The notes below the pieces were generated by a model, which ran no database searches, was not told the origin of the DNA, and saw only the letters and a list, made by a program, of their open reading frames with translations. Position numbers and translations under genes: made by a program. Of a DNA stretch of 47,826 nucleotides, positions 27,453 to 36,807 are shown piece after piece. Each line of letters opens with the position of its first letter. The stretch's first letter is position 1. The DNA is taken from the NCBI GenBank assembly GCA_963934255.1, contig CAWVXU010000011.1:1-47826 (forward strand). The letters run 5' to 3'. Source of the stretch: an uncultured Fibrobacterales bacterium. GTDB lineage: Bacteria > Fibrobacterota > Fibrobacteria > Fibrobacterales > CAWVXU01.

Positions 27453-28547
27453 ATGAGTTACAATATTTTAGGATTTCTCTATTCAGGAAGACTCTCTAGT
27501 TCGGATGCTAGTGGTTGGAATCATATCCCATTTGAGAAGCTGACACACCTTGTTTGGGCCTTTATGACTCCATTTAAGGATGGTAGTATTCAATTTCTTA
27601 GACCTGACTTTGATCTAGCGATTCTCAAAGAAATTGTGCCCGCGGCTCATAAAAAAGGCTGTAAAACCTTAATTGCCATAGGTGGTTGGACAAATTCATA
27701 TGCCTTTTCTGAAATATGCGCTAGCCCAGTAGCTAGAGCGTATTTTGTCAAACAATGCCTCTCTACCTTGAAACAAACAGGAGCTGATGGAATCGATCTT
27801 GATTGGGAGTTTCCTGGCCTAGCCGAATTTGAAGGTCAGGTATCAGACCAACAAAATCTCATTTTATTATTACAAGAGCTTCGCGCTGAGTTTGGTTCAA
27901 AATATATCATTACTATTGATCTCCCTGGGATTGAAAAATGGTATCAATATTTTGACATTTCTAAAATTGTACCTCTCGTTGATTTTATCTCAATCATGAG
28001 CTATGACTTAGGCTCACCAGAAACTAGAGCTTTAGAACAACTCTCTTGGCATAACTCACCTCTTTATAGTCCAAGCCATACTTCCCCTAAGGATCCAAAC
28101 TTCACCCCCGCTTTAAACCCAAGCTTCCATCAATTAGCTATTCACTTTCTCATGCAAGGTTGTCCACCACACAAACTCAATTTAGGGTTAGGATTCTATG
28201 GGAGATATTATCCCGACTGTCTAGGACTTAACCAGAGCTGGAATAAAGAACACGCTAAGGTAGACACGGCTTTACTTTACTCAGAAATTATGGAACTGAA
28301 GAACAGTGGGAAACTAAATGAAGATTGGTGCTCCCTAGCGCAAGTTCCAATGGGTACATATATTGACCCTAAGACCGGACTTCAAAATTGGGTATCATAC
28401 GATGATGAGCGGTCTATAGGAATCAAGGTCAACTATATACGGCAAGAAGATTTTGGTGGGGTACTCATATGGGAGTTAGGTTGCGACCTGGTTGATGGCG
28501 ATCACCCTTTGGTCAATGCTTGCGCGAGAATACTCAAACCAAACTGA
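27453..28547 (+). CDS. GH18 chitinase-family glycoside hydrolase
   Basis: LTHLVWAF, IAIGGW, catalytic DGIDLDWEFP (DxxDxDxE), IMSYDL, GFYGR, WVSYDD, GGVLIWELGCD. Confidence 0.92.
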   Translation: MSYNILGFLYSGRLSSSDASGWNHIPFEKLTHLVWAFMTPFKDGSIQFLRPDFDLAILKEIVPAAHKKGCKTLIAIGGWTNSYAFSEICASPVARAYFVKQCLSTLKQTGADGIDLDWEFPGLAEFEGQVSDQQNLILLLQELRAEFGSKYIITIDLPGIEKWYQYFDISKIVPLVDFISIMSYDLGSPETRALEQLSWHNSPLYSPSHTSPKDPNFTPALNPSFHQLAIHFLMQGCPPHKLNLGLGFYGRYYPDCLGLNQSWNKEHAKVDTALLYSEIMELKNSGKLNEDWCSLAQVPMGTYIDPKTGLQNWVSYDDERSIGIKVNYIRQEDFGGVLIWELGCDLVDGDHPLVNACARILKPN

Positions 28548-28579
28548 ATCATGACTTAATTTTTAAGCCTCACCCTAAT

Positions 28580-28618
28580 TCAAACAAAACAAGGCGCTTC
28601 CTATTCTGGAAACGCCTC
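28580..28618 (-). terminator. Rho-independent terminator for the GH57 gene
   Basis: Minus strand AGGCGTTTCC-AGAATA-GGAAGCGCCT followed by TGTTTTGTTT. Confidence 0.75.
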
Positions 28619-28634
28619 ATAATTATTTCAAAAT

Positions 28635-31121
28635 CTATTTGAGTTGAGTCTCTTTCGAAGCAATTGGGATTTGGAAATACATCCATTCAAAGAGCGGTTC
28701 TAGGAAGTCATGAGTATTTCTACATAGGACTTTGCTGTTCCAAAATCTACGATAGAGTGGGAATGCAGCGTCCTCAATCAAACCTTTATTTACATTCATC
28801 TCAGTCCATTTAGTCACTTGGACTAGGGCTTTAACATATTCAACGTCTTCAGGCAGACTATTCATAGTCAAGCGTGGAATTAAATAAAGTAAGCGATCTT
28901 GATACTCTTTTTCAATAAACCGTAAGTCGAATTTGAAACCCATCTCCTGAGAGTATTCCATCAATTCTTCGATTTCCAAAAACTTAGTTTCATTAAATTC
29001 AGAGAGTAGACCCTTGAGTATCGCATGTATACGAGCATTATAAGACATCTTCAGTGGTACTTGAATATAATCAGGTAGGGGCACGTTTTGTTGAGTCATT
29101 AAACCCACAGTCAAATGGTGCCGCTCACTGAAATCAATAAACTCGTCACACAGGTCTTCAAAAGCACCTTGCGTTTGAGTATCTAATAATTCTTGTAAAT
29201 CATCCGGGAATAAATTGTCCAGACGAATTAATTTACCCATACTATATGCTTTTTGAGCTTCCTGGCTATCTCTAAAGATTTGGTCAACTTTAGGGATTCT
29301 ATCGACGTTATAACAACCTTGATAGAACACCACCATTTTTTCACCAGATTGTCTTTCAATAGTTATGGCGTAATAATGACGCGTGAGCCAAGTAGAGATC
29401 TCTTGCAAGGCTACCTCCCAAACAGCATAGTGCTTACCTTCAGAGTGCAGCTCAGCGCGAATAGAGCAGTCACCATTAATGCGGCGGATACAAATCTCAT
29501 CAGCTGATGCCAAGTTAAATAGCGCACCCGCAATCAGGCGATATTCAGGATTAATTCTTGGAACCGCTTCTCGAATATAGAGAGCCTCGCCGTCGATACC
29601 AGATTCATTTGTCACCGCTTTTTTTAAAAGCTTCAAAAACTTGGATTCAGTTTCGCCATTATCTTGTGTGAAATTTTCTAGAAGCTCAATTGAACGACGT
29701 GCGTATTTAAGATTTTGTACTGGCTCAATACCTTCAAAATCATTAAAAAACCAACCACAACTTGTATACATGAACATCCCAAATTTTTGCATTTCAAGTA
29801 GGCCCAACATACGTGAACCCAACTCATCGCCCTCAGCAGTCAATCGCTGGTCTACCCATTTCTCAGTGTAATTCAAGTCTTTTTGAATAAGCACATCAAC
29901 ATAGTCATTACGGATATCCCATGGGTCTATATCACTTAGTTTCTTCATTTCAGATTCATAAACAGAGTCTAAATTAGACTTCAAAAAATCAAGTGCCTCA
30001 CGAAGAGGAGTGCGCCATTTTTGATTCCAATCTGCACCACCACCAGTAGCACAACCACAGTCTCTATACCAACGCCCCACACCATGAGCACAAGACCAAG
30101 CAGTACCTTCATCATGCTCATTTCTCAAACGAGCTTCCATGATGGGTGGGAATTTTTCTAAGTACCAAGCATAGCTTACGACTTCAATATTATTTTTGCT
30201 TGCAATCTTATCAAAGAAATAAGCCAGACACATGTCACCAAATTTATCATGGTGCCCATAAGACTCACCATCAGTTGCTATAGACAAAAGTTCTGGTCGG
30301 CCATTATCATAGAAACTACCTGAGATGCGATTACCAAAATTATTCGCGTCTTTCAATAAATTTTCAAAGCTCACTGCTGTTGAAAGTGGACCGTCATAAA
30401 AGAAGACATCCAAGTGACCTTCGCAAATTTTATTACCATCTACATCACGAGGGAAGACCCGATACGGTCGATGTGTATCCATTTCATTAGGACCTTGGTA
30501 GTTCCATTGGTTTTCATTTGAATAAGGATCTACACCCTCTTTGGTCATGGGGCGAAAAGCCTCAAACTGGGTCGGCGCTAAAATAACATACTTCACATCT
30601 GCCTTGATCATGTCAACAACAACATCCATATTAATGGCAGTTTCAGCAAGCCAGATACTTTCAGCTTTACGCTCAAAGTGATATTCAAAATCTCTTAAAC
30701 CCCACTCAATTTGTGTCACTCTGTCCTTCTGACTGGCAAGCGGCATAATGATGTGATTGAATACTTGAGCCACGGCATTACCATGACCATTTAAACGAGC
30801 ACAACTTTCTCTATCAGCATCAATTATTTTTTGATAAGTATCTGGAGATTTAAATCGAATCCAATTTAAAAGTGTTGGGCCCATATTAAAGTTGAGGTGA
30901 GCATAGTTGTTCACTTGATCTGCAATTTTACCTTCACCGGTCATTACTCGAGAGTGAGAATTTGGATCATAACACTCTTTGAGGATACGCTCATTCCAAT
31001 CGTGATCAGGATGTGCGCTTGTTTGGACTTCAATTTCACCGGTCCAAGGGTTTTCGCGAGGTGGTTGATAGAAGTGACCATGAACTGTGAGATAACGTGT
31101 TTGAGACATAAAGAAATCCAT
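28635..31121 (-). CDS. GH57-family glycoside hydrolase (DUF3536-containing, amylopullulanase-like)
   Basis: HGHFYQPPRENPW, FNMGPTLL.W, NHIIMPLA, WLAETA, ATDGESYGHH, AWSCAHGVGRW..CGC, MYTSCGWFF. Start may be 31109. Confidence 0.9.
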   Translation of the reverse strand: MDFFMSQTRYLTVHGHFYQPPRENPWTGEIEVQTSAHPDHDWNERILKECYDPNSHSRVMTGEGKIADQVNNYAHLNFNMGPTLLNWIRFKSPDTYQKIIDADRESCARLNGHGNAVAQVFNHIIMPLASQKDRVTQIEWGLRDFEYHFERKAESIWLAETAINMDVVVDMIKADVKYVILAPTQFEAFRPMTKEGVDPYSNENQWNYQGPNEMDTHRPYRVFPRDVDGNKICEGHLDVFFYDGPLSTAVSFENLLKDANNFGNRISGSFYDNGRPELLSIATDGESYGHHDKFGDMCLAYFFDKIASKNNIEVVSYAWYLEKFPPIMEARLRNEHDEGTAWSCAHGVGRWYRDCGCATGGGADWNQKWRTPLREALDFLKSNLDSVYESEMKKLSDIDPWDIRNDYVDVLIQKDLNYTEKWVDQRLTAEGDELGSRMLGLLEMQKFGMFMYTSCGWFFNDFEGIEPVQNLKYARRSIELLENFTQDNGETESKFLKLLKKAVTNESGIDGEALYIREAVPRINPEYRLIAGALFNLASADEICIRRINGDCSIRAELHSEGKHYAVWEVALQEISTWLTRHYYAITIERQSGEKMVVFYQGCYNVDRIPKVDQIFRDSQEAQKAYSMGKLIRLDNLFPDDLQELLDTQTQGAFEDLCDEFIDFSERHHLTVGLMTQQNVPLPDYIQVPLKMSYNARIHAILKGLLSEFNETKFLEIEELMEYSQEMGFKFDLRFIEKEYQDRLLYLIPRLTMNSLPEDVEYVKALVQVTKWTEMNVNKGLIEDAAFPLYRRFWNSKVLCRNTHDFLEPLFEWMYFQIPIASKETQLK

Positions 31122-31181
31122 TTAAATTTTACAAAGTTTTAATTGAAGAAATTGAGATTGGGATATATGGGTATTTAAGTT

Positions 31182-31430
31182 TTAATTCCAAAGATAGGGT
31201 TGCCCATTTGACGTCAGTACGGTTTTGCCTTTAAATCGTTGTTGAATAATCTCAATCCCTTTAGCTACAATAGCATCTCGAGAATCAATATCGGGAGTAT
31301 AGTAAAACTCTGGTTCTGAGTTCACTCGTACATAACATTTATCGGCTATATAATCGGAACCGATCATAATCTCAACAGTCACTGGCTTATCATCAACTAG
31401 TAGTGTGCGTATCCATCGAATACTGCTCAT
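31182..31430 (-). CDS. Hypothetical protein
   Basis: 82-aa ORF with AGGGG RBS, co-oriented upstream of GH57. Confidence 0.65.
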   Translation of the reverse strand: MSSIRWIRTLLVDDKPVTVEIMIGSDYIADKCYVRVNSEPEFYYTPDIDSRDAIVAKGIEIIQQRFKGKTVLTSNGQPYLWN

Positions 31431-31482
31431 ATTAGCCCCTTCAAGTGTTTGGAAGTGCCATATAATATAGTATATTCATAAC

Positions 31483-31872
31483 ATGACTATTGAATCCTTC
31501 CATAAAATCTCCGGCTTTACCGGTGTCTTTGAAGACAACGGCAGTTTTGGTGTAATTTATATCCTTGATCCTCAAGGAAAGACCATCCGTGACGGCTGGG
31601 TTTATAATCGCGTAGAAGCGGCTAATTTTCAAGATGAAATTGGTGAGAATACATTTCGTGTTCCAGATCAATACGTCACAGAGACCCTTCAAAACGCACT
31701 TCCTGAATCTGAGATTGAGCTTGATTGGGAAGACGAAGGGGAGACTCTTTATTTACTTTGGAAAAGCCAAAAGGTGGCAGGGATATCATTTCTGACTGGT
31801 CGCGGCACAAGTGCTTGGTTTACTCAGGTATGCCCATGGGGAATCCCGATAGACCCTAACTTCAACAATTAA
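31483..31872 (+). CDS. Hypothetical protein (DUF2251-like)
   Basis: GVFEDNGSFGVIYILD...WVYN resembles the FEDDG.TGY.Y motif of DUF2251 proteins. Confidence 0.6.
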   Translation: MTIESFHKISGFTGVFEDNGSFGVIYILDPQGKTIRDGWVYNRVEAANFQDEIGENTFRVPDQYVTETLQNALPESEIELDWEDEGETLYLLWKSQKVAGISFLTGRGTSAWFTQVCPWGIPIDPNFNN

Positions 31873-31877
31873 AGAAC

Positions 31878-32663
31878 TTACTCAACTCGCTCCAAAACGA
31901 CAAGCGCGCGCTCTTGAGTGCTATTGGGTATCGTGTAGTAATCCTGTGACTCAACTCGATAGCCTTTTAATTCACACTCTTGTATCTCTTCTCTAAGTGA
32001 AGGGCCCTTCATAAAGATCGCTTTGCCACCGACTTCTAAGGAATTGTGTATGCGAAGTAAAGTCTTATCCATCACTTCAAAAGCACGAGTGATAATTCCA
32101 TTGACTGGAATATCCATACTGTGACTCGTCACCTTATGGCCAAATACATCAATATTAGTCAGCCCCAAGCGTTCAATAGTACTATTTAAAAAGTCTACAC
32201 GTACATTTCTTGGTTCACACAATGTGAAGTGAATCTCAGGATGCACAATTTTCAGAGGAATACCAGGAAAACCCGCCCCAGAACCAATGTCTAGCATACG
32301 GTTGGGCCATTTCTTCACAAAAGCGCCAGGGATAATACAATCTGCATAGTGTTTTTCCACCATGGTATCGAACGCCCGAAGTCTGGTCAAATCGCCATCT
32401 GTATTGTTTTCATGGATGATACGATGGTATGCCCAAAGCTTTTCGAGAGTCTCTGGTTTGAGTGCTACACCATGTTTCCTAAGAAGAGTATCTAAGGATT
32501 TGACCGAAGGTCTACCTTTGAAGCTAGCGCCTCTTGCACCAACAGGTCGACCGCCGGCAATGTTTGCACGACCTGACGCCTTTTTACCATCAACTTTAAG
32601 AGATCTCTTTTTAGGAGAACTTGAGTCATTTGAAGGTTTTTTGTCTTGATTCCAATTATTCAT
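31878..32663 (-). CDS. rsmG: 16S rRNA m7G527 methyltransferase RsmG (GidB) with a basic N-terminal extension
   Basis: LTR...KHYADC, LDIGSGAGFPGIPLKI, TRAF, FMKGP, ERALV. Confidence 0.92.
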   Translation of the reverse strand: MNNWNQDKKPSNDSSSPKKRSLKVDGKKASGRANIAGGRPVGARGASFKGRPSVKSLDTLLRKHGVALKPETLEKLWAYHRIIHENNTDGDLTRLRAFDTMVEKHYADCIIPGAFVKKWPNRMLDIGSGAGFPGIPLKIVHPEIHFTLCEPRNVRVDFLNSTIERLGLTNIDVFGHKVTSHSMDIPVNGIITRAFEVMDKTLLRIHNSLEVGGKAIFMKGPSLREEIQECELKGYRVESQDYYTIPNSTQERALVVLERVE

Positions 32664-33095
32664 GCTTTAAAGGTAGAAAATTCCAAAATCTCCGCAATTT
32701 GATAGTAGCTGAGGGGTTGAATGATGTAGCGATTAGCACCTGATGATAACGTATCTAAAAGAACACTTAGAATGTCAGCACTAGACATACTCCCGAATAT
32801 GATGACTTTCCAATACTTCTGGTATTTCATTGCTGCTAGCCCTTGGAAAAGTGTCATACAATGCATCTGGTTAAATGGTTTTTCAAGAAAGTTGTCTGCG
32901 CCATTTCGTAGGTACCATTCTCTTGTTGCTCCAGTAAATAAAGAAGAAGTCATATAGGCAATTTGGCTTTGAGACTAGAAAAACGGTTGGCTTGATAAAT
33001 TGACTTAACACAATTGCTTACTTGAATAATCTCGCATCCTTCATCTGATTTCTACTAGCAGCAATATCATCTACGATTAATACTTTCTTCATCAT
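32660..33095 (-). pseudogene. Degraded (frameshifted, internally deleted) receiver-domain response regulator
   Basis: RBS GGGAG + MMKKVLIVDDIAASRNQMK in frame 1, GCEIIQVSNCVKSIYQANRF in frame 2, and IAYMTSS..GADNFLEKPF..GANRYIIQP in frame 3. Confidence 0.75.
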
Positions 33096-33163
33096 TATCT
33101 CCCTATTTTCCCTTATTGCCTGGATAATACATAAAGTTCACATCTTAAGGCATGTGAGCTAGC

Positions 33164-36100
33164 TCACCCTAGAACTTTATCCCAGGCATATTTTTTCGCT
33201 CCACTTAGATTGGTTTTACCACTTCCTAGCTTCGGAATTTTTTTGACCGATAACCACTGAGCTGGACGGTAGAGCTGTGGTAAAACATCTTGAGAAACAC
33301 CTTTACATGCTGCCTTGAGCTTATCAAGATCCATATTAGACACAAGTGCTACCAACTGCTCACCCTTTGTAGCATGCGGTAAAGCAACTATTAAGATCTC
33401 GGCATCATCATCAAGCAAGGGAGAAATTGCGTTTTCTACTGCACTGAGTGAAACCATTTCTCCACCAATCTTGGCAAACCGAGAGTACCTATCAACGATA
33501 GTTAAGAAGCCATCAGTATCTAGATGTCCTTTATCACCACTTTTGTACCAACGAGTAAAGTCATCCCATTCAACTATCACCTCATTAGTTTTATCTGCAT
33601 CACCTAGGTAGCCCTTCATGATTTGATTGCCACCAATAAGTATCAATCCATCCACTTCAGGCGCAAGCTCAATCATCGTTTCTGGATCAACAATCTTAAA
33701 ACAACTCCCAGGAAGAGCAAGTCCTACAGATCCCGACTTTTGACCTATTTGGACTTGGCCTTTGGAGTCTAACATAATATCTGGTAAGTTCACTGATGCC
33801 ACAGGCGTAGTCTCTGTTGTTCCATAGCCTTCGAGTATATCAATTCCAAATTTTCTTCTAAATAGTGACTTTACTTCAGAACGTAACTTCTCAGCACCGG
33901 AAACCACCATGCGAAGTGATCCAAACATCAAGGGGTGAATCGCATTAGATCTAGCGTACATATTTAAAAAAGTAGAAGTTCCACACATGAAGGTCACTTT
34001 ATGTTCACTAACCAGGCGGCCAATTTTCTTCACATCAAGCGGGTCGGAATGAGTGACTAGTGGAATGCCTTCAATCAGTGGTAAAAGTGTAGTTACTGTC
34101 AGTCCAAATGCATGGAAGGTAGGAAGTTGACTCATCACTAAATCATCTTTAGTTGGATTTAAAAGTGATGAGACTTGATGGATATTTCCTAGGATATTTT
34201 TGTGTGATAGTTCGACACCCTTAGGCGTACCTTCGGATCCTGAAGTAAATAAAATCGCAGCTGTTTCATTGAGTGGACTTGATTTAAAAAACATTTTTCT
34301 CAGTAGGTACTTCGGTAGAATAAGTGAGGTCAAAAGGGATTTTAATTCCGCAATTTTAGAAATTTCGGCCTTCACATCTTCAAGCTCAACCTTACGAATG
34401 TCGGTCCATAAAGGTGAGAAATCAAGATCTCTAGCTTCTAGTTTTTTGAGAAATATTTTTGAAGTAATGATTGTTTTTATTTCTGCTTTTTGTGAGCAGG
34501 CAAAAAGAGTCTCACTACTACCTGTGTAGTTTAAAGGGACAATCGTCTTGCCAAGAGCCAAGGTCGCAAGTTTTGCTATAAAAGTACCAGCACTAGGAGG
34601 GAGAAGGAAACCAATATTTTGCTGAGTACCCAAGATAATTTTTAACTTTGATCGAAATAATATCACTCCAGTCAAAAGCTTTAGACCCGTTAGTTTATTA
34701 GCACCATCAATCACAAGTGGTTTGAATAGTCTTTTGGAAACACTATCAAGCCAGGTATTAACGATATCATTTTTCTCTTCTATCTCTGCATCCCAACTAT
34801 GGATGGACAAATGTTGAACTGCAATCTTTACTTGTGGAGCCTCTGTGTGATCAGGAAGTCCTGGACCAAAACTCACGACGAGTTGACGCCAAGTTAATGG
34901 ATTGTGTTGTTCTTTAAAACCATCTGCTGCATAAGAATATCTTGAGCCCCATAGTCCGTGTAGATAAAATGGTATGATTGTGGCACCAGTGCCTTTGACA
35001 GCTCTTTCAAAGCCCGTTCTAAAGACAGATAAAGCACCACTTTGAGAAATATGTCCCTCTGGGAAAAGCGCTACAACCTCACCTCGAGCCAAAGACTCAC
35101 TAATCATTTTAATTGCATCATTCGAAGACCCCGCGGCAATAGGGATAACCTGACAAAGATCAAGGAACCATCTTAGGTACCATTTTTCATAAATACTACG
35201 AAGCATCACAAATCGAATAGGGCGAGGACTAGCAAGTTGTATAATTGCCCAATCAATCCAAGAGATGTGATTACCTAAAAGAAGAACGCCGCCCTCACTT
35301 GGTAAGTTATTTAAACCAGTTACTTTCATTTTGTAACGAGACACAGCCATCAATCGAAGCACGACTCGAATGAGAGATTGTGGCAAGGTTATAAGAGTCC
35401 ATACGCAACCAATGACAGCCACTGCACCAAGAATAAAGAAAATAGAGCTAACATCAAAACCAAAATGTGACATCCCCATATTGGCTACTAGGAATAAAAC
35501 CATGATGATTGTTTGCACAAAGTTATTCGCGGCAAGGATACGGCCGCCCTCATCATCACCAGCATTAAATTGAACCAAAGAGTTAAGAGGTACGAGAAAC
35601 ATCCCACCGAAGACGCCATAAAAACCAAACAATACCATCAGGCTAGTTGCATCTTGTAGAAATGGGATAAGCGCTAAGCTCAATGCAATCCCTAGCGTAG
35701 ATAAAGGGAGGAGACCAGTTTCAATATAGTTCTTCGACATTTTAGCCGCGATAATAGAACCCACGATGATACCAAGGCCGGCAATACCCATGATTCCGTT
35801 GGTAAGAAGAGTGTTTTCAGATCCAGTCACTTCTTTAAAATAGGTGCCAAAGCTCGCAAGTAAAACCTGGTTAATCGCCCAGAAAATAGAGAGCCCAAAA
35901 ATACTTTGGCGAATCACTTTATGAGAAAGAGCATCTTTGCAATTTTTGACAAGAGATTTACCCTTAAAGTAGTCAACCCATGGAAATTTCAGCGAAGGTT
36001 GAGAAGGAGAAATATTGGGAAGTCTTAGGGAAAGTATCCATTCAAGGATAGCTCCAGCCATCAAAACAAAGCCACAGTATCTTATAGAATAAAGAATTTC

Positions 36101-36625
36101 ACCCGCAGTTGATCCAGAGACGCTGTTTTCGAAAAGAAATGAATATCCCGCCGTACCACCCAAGATCGCTACAATAGTCAAGGCCTGTATAGCAGAATTG
36201 GCGCCGGCGAGATGTTTCTTACCGACTAGCTCCCGAATAAGACTGTATTTGGCTGGACTATAAATCGCTGATTGAAGACCCAGTAAAAATGTAAACGCAA
36301 AGGCGAGCTCAAAGGCTTGTAAATAATATGCGCAAGTAATCGCTAGGGTAATAGGGACTGCTGCAAAAGCAGAATATCGGACGATCTTGACTTTAGAAAA
36401 ACGATCTGAAAGAAACCCAGCTGGTGTAAAAACCAAAAGAAATGGCAAAAGAATCATCATTTGGATGAGAGAGGTGTAAAAAGTTAACTCAAAACCATCA
36501 TAGACTTTAAATAAGGTGTTTTGAATGAGGATTTTATGGCCCAAATCAGTGAAAGCGTTGAGGAAAGCGATTCCGAGAAAAGGAATGAATCCTGCCATTT
36601 TCCAAAGTGATTGTTTTGATATCAT
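33164..36625 (-). CDS. aas: Trifunctional MFS (LplT-like) / acyltransferase / acyl-ACP synthetase (Aas fusion)
   Basis: MFS: FLNAFTDLGHK, SPAKY. PlsC domain: NHISWID, FPEG. AMP-binding: FTSGSEGTPKG, EGYGTTE, SGDKG, DRYSRFAKIGGEM. Start 36625 has an AAAGG RBS. Confidence 0.92.
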   Translation of the reverse strand: MISKQSLWKMAGFIPFLGIAFLNAFTDLGHKILIQNTLFKVYDGFELTFYTSLIQMMILLPFLLVFTPAGFLSDRFSKVKIVRYSAFAAVPITLAITCAYYLQAFELAFAFTFLLGLQSAIYSPAKYSLIRELVGKKHLAGANSAIQALTIVAILGGTAGYSFLFENSVSGSTAGEILYSIRYCGFVLMAGAILEWILSLRLPNISPSQPSLKFPWVDYFKGKSLVKNCKDALSHKVIRQSIFGLSIFWAINQVLLASFGTYFKEVTGSENTLLTNGIMGIAGLGIIVGSIIAAKMSKNYIETGLLPLSTLGIALSLALIPFLQDATSLMVLFGFYGVFGGMFLVPLNSLVQFNAGDDEGGRILAANNFVQTIIMVLFLVANMGMSHFGFDVSSIFFILGAVAVIGCVWTLITLPQSLIRVVLRLMAVSRYKMKVTGLNNLPSEGGVLLLGNHISWIDWAIIQLASPRPIRFVMLRSIYEKWYLRWFLDLCQVIPIAAGSSNDAIKMISESLARGEVVALFPEGHISQSGALSVFRTGFERAVKGTGATIIPFYLHGLWGSRYSYAADGFKEQHNPLTWRQLVVSFGPGLPDHTEAPQVKIAVQHLSIHSWDAEIEEKNDIVNTWLDSVSKRLFKPLVIDGANKLTGLKLLTGVILFRSKLKIILGTQQNIGFLLPPSAGTFIAKLATLALGKTIVPLNYTGSSETLFACSQKAEIKTIITSKIFLKKLEARDLDFSPLWTDIRKVELEDVKAEISKIAELKSLLTSLILPKYLLRKMFFKSSPLNETAAILFTSGSEGTPKGVELSHKNILGNIHQVSSLLNPTKDDLVMSQLPTFHAFGLTVTTLLPLIEGIPLVTHSDPLDVKKIGRLVSEHKVTFMCGTSTFLNMYARSNAIHPLMFGSLRMVVSGAEKLRSEVKSLFRRKFGIDILEGYGTTETTPVASVNLPDIMLDSKGQVQIGQKSGSVGLALPGSCFKIVDPETMIELAPEVDGLILIGGNQIMKGYLGDADKTNEVIVEWDDFTRWYKSGDKGHLDTDGFLTIVDRYSRFAKIGGEMVSLSAVENAISPLLDDDAEILIVALPHATKGEQLVALVSNMDLDKLKAACKGVSQDVLPQLYRPAQWLSVKKIPKLGSGKTNLSGAKKYAWDKVLG

Positions 36626-36660
36626 GATTGAGCCTTTATTTGTATGTCTAAGTGTCATAA

Positions 36661-36678
36661 AAGCGAGGAGTATGCCAA
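36661..36678 (-). promoter_or_regulatory. Putative sigma-54 (-24/-12) promoter for aas
   Basis: Minus strand TTGGCATACTCCTCGCTT, with exact GG-N10-GC spacing about 36 nt above the start codon. Confidence 0.6.
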
Positions 36679-36710
36679 GTTCTGTGCGCAAGGGGGCTCT
36701 TGATTTAAAA

Positions 36711-36746
36711 ATAAAAAAGGTGCTCACAAATAATGTGAGCACCTAA
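36711..36746 (-). terminator. Rho-independent terminator after the SPFH gene
   Basis: Perfect 11-bp stem AGGTGCTCACA/TGTGAGCACCT, then a T-run on the minus strand. Confidence 0.88.
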
Positions 36747-36807
36747 AGATGACCTGATTTAACTCAAATATTGATGAGTCTTGTCTAGTATCAATGGGAG
36801 ATTAGAG

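Noticed and set aside
31441..31692. 83-aa minus-strand ORF
   Set aside because: Antisense to the better-supported DUF2251-like gene, with no motif or RBS.
36626..36742. 39-aa N-terminal extension of Aas given by the ORF track
   Set aside because: It runs through a terminator hairpin and the sigma-54-like motif. ATG 36625 has an RBS.
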